Below, one piece after another: positions 20,313 through 29,013 of a DNA stretch of 64,000 nucleotides. Source of the DNA: Terriglobales bacterium (GTDB taxonomy: Bacteria; Acidobacteriota; Terriglobia; Terriglobales; Acidobacteriaceae); NCBI GenBank assembly GCA_035507035.1, contig DATJOJ010000032.1:40938-104937 (forward strand), written 5' to 3'. Both the position numbers and the translations under genes were made by a program. Every line of letters starts with the position of its first letter. The stretch's first letter is position 1. The notes under the pieces were generated by a model. That model searched no databases and was not told the origin of the DNA. It saw only the letters and a list, made by a program, of their open reading frames with translations.

Positions 20313-22751
20313 TCAAGCCACGCGTTCGGGTTGCTTGGCGGGTGCGTTGGAAACTCGATCGGCAGATGTTCTTCTGGGCGGGAACTCGGGAGTAACCGTG
20401 TCCCAACCATTCAGCACTCCTTTGTAGACCTCGGCGATTTGTCGCGCAATTTGTGGCCAAAGATAGCGCTGCTGGATGAGCCGTTGAGCACTTCGCCCTG
20501 CCGCGGTGCGAATTTCGGGATCGAAGAGAAGAAGTCCCAACATCCGGGCCAGGTCATCGACATCGCCGGCGCGAAAAGTGAAGCCGGCGCCATCGACGAC
20601 TTCCCGGTTCTCAGGAATATCGCTGGTCAAGACGCAAAGTCCCGCGCCCATAGCATCCAGCAGGGCGAGCGAGAGTCCTTCAAGATCAGAAGGCAAGACG
20701 AAGAGTGCCGCGTTGGTCAGCAATTCATTCAGCGCGTCGCCAGAGACCCAGTTCAGAAGAGTAATATTTTGTGACTGATGGCGTTGAAGCTGAGCGGCGT
20801 AAGCATCGGTATGGCTGGAGCCACCGGCGAGGACAAGTTTGTACGCAGTGTTCAACTTTTCGAATGCGCTGATTAGGAGATGGCAGTTTTTTTCGGGCGA
20901 GAATCGTCCGAGAAAAAGGGCATAGCAGTTCGGTTCGAGTCCCCACTGCGCGAGCTGAGTTGGCAGATTTCGCGGGCGAAGTGCGGCACCGTTGGGAATG
21001 TATTTGGTTTCTCTTCCATAGCGAACGCGATAATAGTCCTGCAAGGTCTTTGAGACCACCATGGTTGCATTCGGCAGACGAACCGCGGCGGCTTCCCCCC
21101 AACGCAGGATTTTCGATGCGATACGTCCCCACTTCTTGCGTTGCCAATCCAGGCCTTGGACGGTCACGATTGTTTTCTTGCCTGCCAGTCGGGGCAGAAA
21201 GGAAAAAAGCGCGGGACCTAGCGCGTGGTAATGGACGATATCATTCGAGCTGAACATCACGTGTAATGAGCTAAGGAAAGTGTGGATGACGGTCTCAAAA
21301 TGCTTAGACCGAATCGTGGGCAGGCGGACTAGCCGCATGCCATTGTGGGTTGCAAGATTGGGCGTGAAATAAGTGCGGCAATAAATTGTGACGGCATAAC
21401 CGAGCGCGGCAAGCTCTTTGCCGACTTCTTCGTAGTAGGCTTCAATCCCACTGTATTTCGAAATGACGCCACGGCCTCCGATGAACGCGACGCGCACAGG
21501 AGGCTTTTTCCGCGAGGGAGCCACGGCACACAGCGTCATCTCGTCATACACCCGCATTAGTTCCTGATAGTGCTTTTCTGGGGTGTGATTTGTTTCGATC
21601 AGGCTCCGGGCAGCAGCTCCCATCCTGGCGATCACTTGCGGTTGGAAGGCCAGCTGCGAGATTGCATTTGCCAGTTGTTCGACATTGCCCGGCTCATAGA
21701 GAAGGCCGGTTTCGTGGGGATGAACCAACTCGCGGCGCGAGCCCAGATCGGAAGCGACGACGGGACGCTGCCATGCATAGGATTCAAGAATGCTCTTGCC
21801 CAAGGTCTCATAGGCATGGGAAGGAAGCACGGTGAAGCGGGATGCGGCGATCGCTTGGTTCAACTCTTCGCCGCCGAGGTGGCCGAGAAAATCGACGTTG
21901 TTCAAGTCAAGAATCTTTACCAGGCGCTCTAGTTGCGCTCGCTCCGGCCCGTCTCCCGCGATCGATAGGCGGAGTTGCGGCAGAGACCGCATGGCATGGA
22001 TGAGATCCGTGACTCCCTTTTCCGGCGATAACCGGCCGAAGTAAAGAATCGGCGCATCGAGCGCGGGTGGCGGAGGCGCAGGCGACAGTTTCTGGAAATG
22101 AGGAAGGACCGAGATGCTTGGCGGATCGAATTTATTCCTGATCAGAAGATCCTTGGCGAACTGGCTGGGCGTGAGAAAGTGGTCGACGCATTTTCGGTAT
22201 GTTTTCAGCCAGTAGTGAAAATAGGCTTCCGCCACGAGTACGGCCGAAGCGCACCGCGATTCGGTATAGCAGCCTTCGGTGAAAACTTTCCAGAACTTTC
22301 CCGTGCATGGTTTTTCGCAGGCATGGCCGTGAGAGACGAAGTTGTAAGCCGGGCAGAGCAGCTTGAAATCGTTCAAGTGATAAAGCGTAGGGATGCCTTG
22401 GGCTTTCAGTTCCCACAAAATCGAGGGCGAAAGATGATGATAGATATTGCGAATGTGAGCGATATCGGGGCGAAATCTGGCGATCAGTTGTCGCAGCCGC
22501 TGCCTGGCGTCGGTCGAATAGATAGCGTGGGCTGCGAGTTTGGCGCGAGCCGTCCAACTTCGGCTCTCGTCTTTGAAGTCAATGTGAGGCACGAACCATT
22601 CATCGAATGGCGTGCTGGCGCCTCGAGAGTCGGACATAGAGAACAATGCCACTTCGTGGCCATGGGCGCGCAGGAGATCCATGAGTTCGAAGAGATAGAC
22701 TTCGGTGCCGCTGAAGGGAAAGTTGTATTTATTGCAGAACAGGATCTTCAT
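20313..22751 (-). CDS. Fused double glycosyltransferase (N-terminal GT4 + C-terminal DUF1972/GT4-type module)
   Basis: ATG 22751 (MKILFCNKYNFPFSGTEVY). First module ends near ...HYQELMRVYDE. Second module starts VRVAFIGGRGVISKYSGIEAYYEEVGKEL... and ends with LFVLPSDLEGLSLALLDAMGAG (E-x7-E-like GT4 motif). No stop codon between the modules. Confidence 0.75.
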   Translation of the reverse strand: MKILFCNKYNFPFSGTEVYLFELMDLLRAHGHEVALFSMSDSRGASTPFDEWFVPHIDFKDESRSWTARAKLAAHAIYSTDARQRLRQLIARFRPDIAHIRNIYHHLSPSILWELKAQGIPTLYHLNDFKLLCPAYNFVSHGHACEKPCTGKFWKVFTEGCYTESRCASAVLVAEAYFHYWLKTYRKCVDHFLTPSQFAKDLLIRNKFDPPSISVLPHFQKLSPAPPPPALDAPILYFGRLSPEKGVTDLIHAMRSLPQLRLSIAGDGPERAQLERLVKILDLNNVDFLGHLGGEELNQAIAASRFTVLPSHAYETLGKSILESYAWQRPVVASDLGSRRELVHPHETGLLYEPGNVEQLANAISQLAFQPQVIARMGAAARSLIETNHTPEKHYQELMRVYDEMTLCAVAPSRKKPPVRVAFIGGRGVISKYSGIEAYYEEVGKELAALGYAVTIYCRTYFTPNLATHNGMRLVRLPTIRSKHFETVIHTFLSSLHVMFSSNDIVHYHALGPALFSFLPRLAGKKTIVTVQGLDWQRKKWGRIASKILRWGEAAAVRLPNATMVVSKTLQDYYRVRYGRETKYIPNGAALRPRNLPTQLAQWGLEPNCYALFLGRFSPEKNCHLLISAFEKLNTAYKLVLAGGSSHTDAYAAQLQRHQSQNITLLNWVSGDALNELLTNAALFVLPSDLEGLSLALLDAMGAGLCVLTSDIPENREVVDGAGFTFRAGDVDDLARMLGLLLFDPEIRTAAGRSAQRLIQQRYLWPQIARQIAEVYKGVLNGWDTVTPEFPPRRTSADRVSNAPAKQPERVA

Positions 22752-23997
22752 AAACTGTTTCCTGAGGGGCAGAATTGTCGGTTGCTGACGCGGCGCCAAG
22801 GGTAGCGAACATGCGGTCACAAAAGCTTGTCAGATTCTTTTGCTGGTCAAAATGGTGTTGCACGTACACGCGGGCGGCTCGACCAAGCGGGCCGAGGGCT
22901 ACTCGGTTGTCATGAATCATTTCTAGTTGAGCCACAAAACCCTCCAGTGAGCCGGAGCGATATAGGAACCCAGTTTCGCCATGGGAAACCAGCTCTGGAA
23001 TCGCAGTAATTTCCGGTGCGAGCACGATCTTTTCGTGGGCCATGGCTTCCATCAGGACAAGTGGGAGGCCTTCGCTGCGGCTGGTGAGGACCACGAGATC
23101 GGCCATTTCGTAGTAGTCGTGCATCTCGTCATGCGAGACCTGGCCGAGCAGGCGAACATCACGCGCTAAGTCGAATTCATCAATCACTCGTTCCAGGTGG
23201 CGGCGCTCGTTGCCTTCCCCGGCAATCAGACAGGTGAACTGAAGGCCGCGTGCCTTAAGCTCTCGGCAGGCGCGTAGCAAGAAGGCGTGATCTTTTACTG
23301 GATGCAGACGACCGGCGGCGAGAATGATGAACGAAGATGTATCGGTCCTGGTCCGAAACGTCGAAGGACGATTCTCGGCGCAATCAACGCCGAGTCGATG
23401 GGTGATGATCTTGGCCGGATTCACTTTGGAATAGTGGGTCAGCAAATATTGGCGATTGAATTCGGAGATGGTGATGCAAACCTCGCAGAATTCCAGCTTG
23501 AGGTCGAGGTAGGCGGGATCGAGCAGAATGTCGGAGCCGTGCAGCGTCATGCTGAAGGGAATTCCGAGAAGGCGGGCGGCGACCATCGCGACCCACGAGC
23601 CGAAATATCCATGGTGTACGTGAATGTGCTGGACATGACGGTGCTCGAGCGCTACCGCGTAGTAGATTCCAAGGAATGTGTGCGCGAGGGCACATATGCG
23701 CTTCGCGAGCGATTCCCTTCCTTGAAACAAAATGCGGCGAAGAAAAACTTGTATGACCGTAAGGTTGCAGAGAGCGAACCGAAGGGATCGCAGAATGGTT
23801 TTCAGCCGCAACGGCTGCAGATACAAAGTTTGCCTTACCCAGGAATCTGGATCGCTGTGACTGCCGGACAAGACCCGCCGCGCGCTGCACGGAATGACAG
23901 TCACTCCGCGCTTGCGCAGTTCCCCAATTTCATCGACCACATAGCGTTCGGTCTGCGCTGGGAATAAGTTCGCGAGATAGGCGATCGTCGACGGCAT
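22729..23997 (-). CDS. Glycosyltransferase family 4 (WcaL-like)
   Basis: MPSTIAYLANLFPAQTERYVVDEIGELRKRG... plus C-terminal LVVLTSRSEGLPLVLMEAMAHEK. Overlaps the downstream GT start by 23 nt. Confidence 0.8.
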   Translation of the reverse strand: MPSTIAYLANLFPAQTERYVVDEIGELRKRGVTVIPCSARRVLSGSHSDPDSWVRQTLYLQPLRLKTILRSLRFALCNLTVIQVFLRRILFQGRESLAKRICALAHTFLGIYYAVALEHRHVQHIHVHHGYFGSWVAMVAARLLGIPFSMTLHGSDILLDPAYLDLKLEFCEVCITISEFNRQYLLTHYSKVNPAKIITHRLGVDCAENRPSTFRTRTDTSSFIILAAGRLHPVKDHAFLLRACRELKARGLQFTCLIAGEGNERRHLERVIDEFDLARDVRLLGQVSHDEMHDYYEMADLVVLTSRSEGLPLVLMEAMAHEKIVLAPEITAIPELVSHGETGFLYRSGSLEGFVAQLEMIHDNRVALGPLGRAARVYVQHHFDQQKNLTSFCDRMFATLGAASATDNSAPQETVYEDPVLQ

Positions 23998-24010
23998 CAG
24001 AGTTCTGTTC

Positions 24011-25387
24011 TCAATCGAGTAACCCCACGGTACGGGAAATCGAACTCACGAACAGGACAGCGGCAAAAGTTGCAAGCCAGGGCACAAGGCGGCGATAGGA
24101 GATGAATACACTGCGCGCCAGACCGGCGTGAATCGCGCCGTAAGAGGCGCAAGCGACTAGTTCCGCCCAGCCGTAACCCACGATGCCGGCACGGGGCAGC
24201 AAAAACAGGGTGGTAAGCGCCAACAGAACCACGTGCGCTGTGTAAGCTTCAGTGACAACGCGAGCTTCCCCGATCACGAACAGAGCCGAAGCCTGCAGGT
24301 TGTAAATCGAGTTGACGAGAACACCCGCAGCGACAAATGGATAAACCGCTAGGCTGGGCAGCCAGCGCGGTCCGGCAAAGTGTCTCAGCAGGAACGGACC
24401 GCACAGGGCGAAGCCGCACAACAAAGGTCCTAACGTGATCACTTGCAGAAAGAGTGCCTGCTCCAAGGCGTTGCGAAATTGTTCGTGATGATCCTGCAAG
24501 CGCGCGAGACCCGCGACCGCAATGCGTCCGGCAGCCAAGCGGAACGTACCGAGCGATTCCGCAATGCGGATGGCCAGGGCAACAAATGCCACGCCCTCCG
24601 GACCGGCGAAGCGTCCCACCAGCAAGGGATTGACCAGGGTTCGCAGCTGCCAAGTCCGGAGCGAGGTGGTCAGGCTGAGGCCATAAGAAAGCATGGTTCG
24701 CGCCTGCGAGCGTTCAAACCGCAATCGGGTCGGGTTTGGCGCGATGCTGACGACGGCAAGCAGAGTGAAAACTTGCCATGCGATCTGTCCGAGGACGGGG
24801 GCCCAGACTCCGGTGTGCCGCCAAGCCATCAGTACCGCCGTCAAGAGACCGGCAAATTGACTAATCAATTCGATGACGGCGATTCGCCCAAAATCGAGGG
24901 CCCGCTCCAGCTGAGCCATGGGGACGCCGGTCAGTCCGGAGACTGGGATGGTCAGCAAAAGAGCGAGATAAGGCCACACGAATTCCCGGTTTCCGAACCA
25001 GCGAACCAGCAAAGGCGCGACCGAAGCGCCTGCGCCGAGCAAGACGACGGAGGCGGCAAGAATGAGAGTAGTTGCGGTGCCGAAGTCGTTTGCAGTGGGG
25101 GCTTCGCTACGCACGAGATAGGTGTCGACGCCTAACCGGGCCAACGTGGCTAGAAAGGCTACGATTCCGACAGCCGCCACAAACAAGCCGTAGGCATGAG
25201 GTCCAATCCACCAAGTCATGACCAGCATGTTCGCGAGACTTACCAGCACCCCCAAACCGTATCGCGCAGCGAGGAAGATCCCTCCTCGCACGGTTTGATC
25301 AGGAATAGCTTGGCGAGAGACTGGGCGTAATGTTTGGGGCGTCGCAGCTGTGTCGAGCTTTTTAAGGGCAAGCCTAAGCGCGGGCAT
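24011..25387 (-). CDS. Oligosaccharide flippase (Wzx, MOP superfamily)
   Basis: 458 aa with about 12 TM segments, typical polysaccharide-biosynthesis-protein topology, positioned inside the EPS locus. Confidence 0.75.
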   Translation of the reverse strand: MPALRLALKKLDTAATPQTLRPVSRQAIPDQTVRGGIFLAARYGLGVLVSLANMLVMTWWIGPHAYGLFVAAVGIVAFLATLARLGVDTYLVRSEAPTANDFGTATTLILAASVVLLGAGASVAPLLVRWFGNREFVWPYLALLLTIPVSGLTGVPMAQLERALDFGRIAVIELISQFAGLLTAVLMAWRHTGVWAPVLGQIAWQVFTLLAVVSIAPNPTRLRFERSQARTMLSYGLSLTTSLRTWQLRTLVNPLLVGRFAGPEGVAFVALAIRIAESLGTFRLAAGRIAVAGLARLQDHHEQFRNALEQALFLQVITLGPLLCGFALCGPFLLRHFAGPRWLPSLAVYPFVAAGVLVNSIYNLQASALFVIGEARVVTEAYTAHVVLLALTTLFLLPRAGIVGYGWAELVACASYGAIHAGLARSVFISYRRLVPWLATFAAVLFVSSISRTVGLLD

Positions 25388-26690
25388 GGGCCCCGCTCGG
25401 GTTACGGTTTTGAGCTGCCATCATGCCTGCCAGGGTGAACAGATAGCCGTTCACGAATTGATAGTTCATGACCACGAACATGCTGTTCACGACGTAAACA
25501 AGAAGAATCACTGGCCATAGCGAGCGGAATTGCCGATCGAGAAAACCGCCATTGCTTTCGGAGGCATTATTTCGAGCGACCCGGAAGAGATCGATGAAGA
25601 CCCAAATATAGAGCGCCAATCCGACGAGGCCGTACTGAACGAGGACTTCGAGATAGGTGTTATGAAAAAAATATTCGTCCTGGCGAAATTCAGTGATGCG
25701 GTTGGAGAGCTCTGCCTGCATGGCGCGTGCGCCCCAGCCGTTGAGCGGCTTCTGCAGGAACATTTCCCACCCCGCTTGGTAGACGGCCATGCGGAACTGG
25801 ACGGGAGAGCTGTCGGCCAGTCGATCGCTTAACGACCGATGACCATCGACGATGACCACAAAGCCGGACAAACCTAAGACGCAGATCAGCGCGATGACGA
25901 GAACGGCGCGGCGCAAGCGGCGATGAGGACTGAGTAAGAAAATCGCCAAAATAGATCCCGCAAATGATAGCCAGACTGATCGAGTTTTCGTAGCGAGAAT
26001 CGCGGCGGGTAGAGCCACCAGGAAGAAAATCGCGAGAACAGCAGGCAAGTGCTTGCGGCGGAAGGAATCTAAAGCGATCAATCCCAGGGTGTTTAGAGCA
26101 ACTCCGTTGGCGACGGCCTGCAGAAACGGACCCCGCGCTCGGTCCGTATGGATGCCGAAGCCTTCGTTCAAAATGTAGCGAGGGAAGATGAGCTCTTTGG
26201 CGCCGATCAGGAAGAAGACTGCGATCAGGCTTAGGTAGGCGAGCACGCACAAGGAGAAGATTTCGAAGTGTCGTTTCGACGATGAGTCCTCAAAAATGTA
26301 TCCGGCAAGGAGAAAAAATGCGAGAGGTAGAAACCACTTTGCGGCAAACATGCTCCATATTTCAGGATCGTAGGGCTGAGATGAAACGCCGCAAAGCGCA
26401 AGCATAACAAGCCCTAGCATTGGCCAGGTCACTGGGCGAGGGGGGATTATCGGCGTTCGCAACACGCAAATTCGCAACAGGACGACCAAGACCAGCGCGA
26501 CAAAGGCGATGCGGTCGTATGGAGGAAAGCGATAATCGGGCGGGTGAAAGAGCATCAATCCTATGACAGCCATGAACAGGAGCGAGGGCGTAGCGACCAG
26601 TGCCTGAATGGGACGCGCTCCAGCCCGGATGAACCATGCGAGCAAGTCGGAGGGAAATTGGCTGGGTGCGGTTTGTTCGAACTCGGCCAT
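25374..26690 (-). CDS. O-antigen ligase/polymerase-like membrane protein (Wzy)
   Basis: ATG 26690 directly follows the upstream TAG (26692-26694). Multi-TM protein with a large loop containing ...GARAMQAELSNRITEFRQDEYFFHNTYLEVLVQYG (Wzy_C-like H-N-x-Y-L motif). The ORF-track N-terminal extension overlaps the upstream gene. Confidence 0.7.
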   Translation of the reverse strand: MAEFEQTAPSQFPSDLLAWFIRAGARPIQALVATPSLLFMAVIGLMLFHPPDYRFPPYDRIAFVALVLVVLLRICVLRTPIIPPRPVTWPMLGLVMLALCGVSSQPYDPEIWSMFAAKWFLPLAFFLLAGYIFEDSSSKRHFEIFSLCVLAYLSLIAVFFLIGAKELIFPRYILNEGFGIHTDRARGPFLQAVANGVALNTLGLIALDSFRRKHLPAVLAIFFLVALPAAILATKTRSVWLSFAGSILAIFLLSPHRRLRRAVLVIALICVLGLSGFVVIVDGHRSLSDRLADSSPVQFRMAVYQAGWEMFLQKPLNGWGARAMQAELSNRITEFRQDEYFFHNTYLEVLVQYGLVGLALYIWVFIDLFRVARNNASESNGGFLDRQFRSLWPVILLVYVVNSMFVVMNYQFVNGYLFTLAGMMAAQNRNPSGAHARA

Positions 26691-26691
26691 G

Positions 26692-28293
26692 CTAGGCACC
26701 TTCTCCGCGCAGCACGACCAGCATCGTCCTGCAGAGAATTTTGAAATCCAGCCAGAGATTCCAGCCAGCAATGTACTCACGGTCGAGCGACATGCTGCGC
26801 TCGAAAGATGGATCGTGGCGCGCAGTGACCTGCCAGAGGCCGGTGAGGCCGGGAGTGATCTCGAGTCGCTGCCAGTCTTCGAGTTGATAGCGTTCGAAGT
26901 CGTCAACGGGATGTGGGCGAGGGCCGACGAGGCTCATCTCGCCGCGCAACACATTCCAAAGCTGCGGCAGTTCGTCGAGGCTGTAGCGACGCAGGATTCG
27001 GCCGACGCGAGTGATACGCGGGTCGTTTGTAATTTTGAAAAATGCACCCTGCCGTTCGTTTTGGAGCCGCAGCTTTTCCTTGAGCTGATTGGCATTCATG
27101 CCCATGGTGCGGAACTTCCAGCAGTGAAAACGCCTGCCCTTGCGGCCGAGGCGAGGAGCGCTGTAAAAAACCGGGCCGGATGAATCCAGTTTGATGGCAA
27201 TCGCGATAGCGGCGAGGAACGGAGCGGCCAAGAGCAACGCTGCAGCTGAGAAGACTACGTCGATGATGCGCTTCATCAGTAAACCGACGGTTGGAATTCT
27301 TTCCTCGCGCAGGGTCAGAACGGGGACATTGCCGACTTTTTCAAAGGTCACTTCTTCCGCGTCAAAGCCGAGCAGATCGGGCACGACTTTGATATCAATG
27401 CGATTGCGGCGTGCCAGCGATACGGCCTCCCTGGCTGCCTCGCTCGCGTACGGAATGGTGAGGATGATTTCATCGACGAAATAGCGACGCGCGATGAGAG
27501 CCAGGTCGCGAATTCGGCCGCGAACGTCGCCGCCGAGTGGTTCGGTATTGTCCAGAAAACCGCGGAGAATGAGACGATGCGTTGAATCGCGATTGAGGTG
27601 CGAGGCCAAATTGCGCCCGAGCTTCCCAGCGCCCACGATGACGACGTTCCTAACGTTAGCGGCGCCCGAAGCACCGCGGCGTGTGACGCGACGTGTGCCC
27701 CGCCTGAAAGCGAGCATCAAGATAAAGCTGAGGGGGGAGCTGGCCACGGGCGTGACGAGAGAAGCAGCCGAGTCTTGAGAAAAAAACTGAGCGCCTATGA
27801 CAAGAACAGTGGACCAAGCAAGTACCTTGGCGAGCAATGAACGCTCTCGTTGCGGACACTGAATGGTTTCTGGATGGTATAGACGCTCAGAATAACCGAA
27901 GAGCGTAAAGATGCTTCCGTAAGGGACGAGCAATCCAGGCAACAGCAAGAGTGGAACGGCGTGTCGAATCTGTTGCGAGAAAGCTGCACAAATTGAGTAA
28001 CTGACGGCAATTGCAAAAAAGTCCGCAGATGCCGCCATGGCGAGGGCGGCGCGTTGGTTTGGCGTGGCGGGCTGGGGCAAGACAGCCTCGGAGAATCTTT
28101 GCCAGGTCGTTTTCTGTTGGCGCGAAGTGGGCTCACAATCGCTCTGCCGCAGCCAGATAGTTCGATCCACGGCGGCGGGGGCTGCCTTTTTTCGAGAGAC
28201 AGCTGCAGCCGAAGCACGGGTGCCGGGAATCAGGCGCGAGGGAAATGCAGCCTGCGCTTTCGACGGAATGGTATCAATAGTCGCGGTCGCCAT
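26692..28293 (-). CDS. Polyprenyl-phosphate sugar phosphotransferase (priming enzyme, WbaP/EpsB-type)
   Basis: N-terminal TM segments, a central NAD-binding-like segment (VVIVGAGKLGRNL), and a C-terminal bacterial sugar transferase domain (KRIIDVVFSAAALLL...PVFY...DELPQLWNVLRGEMSLVGPRP). Confidence 0.88.
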   Translation of the reverse strand: MATATIDTIPSKAQAAFPSRLIPGTRASAAAVSRKKAAPAAVDRTIWLRQSDCEPTSRQQKTTWQRFSEAVLPQPATPNQRAALAMAASADFFAIAVSYSICAAFSQQIRHAVPLLLLPGLLVPYGSIFTLFGYSERLYHPETIQCPQRERSLLAKVLAWSTVLVIGAQFFSQDSAASLVTPVASSPLSFILMLAFRRGTRRVTRRGASGAANVRNVVIVGAGKLGRNLASHLNRDSTHRLILRGFLDNTEPLGGDVRGRIRDLALIARRYFVDEIILTIPYASEAAREAVSLARRNRIDIKVVPDLLGFDAEEVTFEKVGNVPVLTLREERIPTVGLLMKRIIDVVFSAAALLLAAPFLAAIAIAIKLDSSGPVFYSAPRLGRKGRRFHCWKFRTMGMNANQLKEKLRLQNERQGAFFKITNDPRITRVGRILRRYSLDELPQLWNVLRGEMSLVGPRPHPVDDFERYQLEDWQRLEITPGLTGLWQVTARHDPSFERSMSLDREYIAGWNLWLDFKILCRTMLVVLRGEGA

Positions 28294-28305
28294 TTCTAGT
28301 CCTAG

Positions 28306-29013
28306 TCACACCCGCTCGTAAATCGCCCGCGGGATCGGGAAGGTGCGCTCGCTGAGAACCGTTCCCAGCAACCGAACATGCGCGGCGGCCAACATGTCCC
28401 TGACCTTTTGCGCGGAAATGCGGCGAGTGGCATTTGCTTCCACAACCAACACAAGGCCGTCGCATAGCTGAGCGAGCAGGGTGGCCTGGCTGGTCGTCCC
28501 TGCAGCGGCCTGGATAACGAGATAATCAAATTCCAGACGCAACTCGGCGAGGCGCGCCTTTAACCAGACGGCGGAACTGGTGCCTCGCCCTCCGCGGAAA
28601 ACCTTCGACGGCATATACCAGAGGCGGCTGGAAATCTGGAGTGAAGCATCGCGCAAGCGTCCAAATCGGGTTTGATCGGAGTTGAACGACCTGGAATCCG
28701 GCTGATCCAGGAAACCGGCGTCAAGGATACAGGTGGCGCCAGTAGCTTCGCTTGAGAGGACATTGGCGACGCCTCGGCAAAGCGCGGAAACCTCGGTCTT
28801 AGGATCTACCCCGCTGAAGACCACCTGGCGGCAAGGGTTCGATCCGGCAAAATACAAATTTCGCACCAGAGCACGAACCTGTTCGTCGGCAAAGCGTTCC
28901 AAATTCGAAGCGGTCGTAGTTTCGACCGTAGCTTGCTGCGGGCGCGCATCGACCGGGACATCCGGCTCTTCCACTTCCAGACTTTGGGGCATGAGATCGA
29001 TGAATGTACTCAT
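28306..29013 (-). CDS. BY-kinase-like (CpsD/Wzc C-terminal domain homolog) protein with degenerate Walker motifs
   Basis: Aligns by eye with the Wzc/CpsD P-loop domain (VVFSGVDPKTEVSALC, CILDAGF, FDYLVIQAAAG, GLVLVVEANATR, LLGTVLSE). Walker A and B are not canonical and there is no Tyr cluster. ATGA overlap with the PCP gene. Confidence 0.6.
   Translation of the reverse strand: MSTFIDLMPQSLEVEEPDVPVDARPQQATVETTTASNLERFADEQVRALVRNLYFAGSNPCRQVVFSGVDPKTEVSALCRGVANVLSSEATGATCILDAGFLDQPDSRSFNSDQTRFGRLRDASLQISSRLWYMPSKVFRGGRGTSSAVWLKARLAELRLEFDYLVIQAAAGTTSQATLLAQLCDGLVLVVEANATRRISAQKVRDMLAAAHVRLLGTVLSERTFPIPRAIYERV

Noticed and set aside
21520-21560. Internal ATG (MTLCAV) as evidence that the 812-aa GT is really two genes
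   Set aside because: There is no stop codon in frame upstream of it and no RBS-like sequence. I kept it as one fused CDS and flagged it for verification.
22098-23967. Plus-strand ORFs 22098..22805 and 23287..23967 inside the glycosyltransferase genes
   Set aside because: They are antisense to CDSs with clear GT4 motifs, and no motifs are found in the antisense products.
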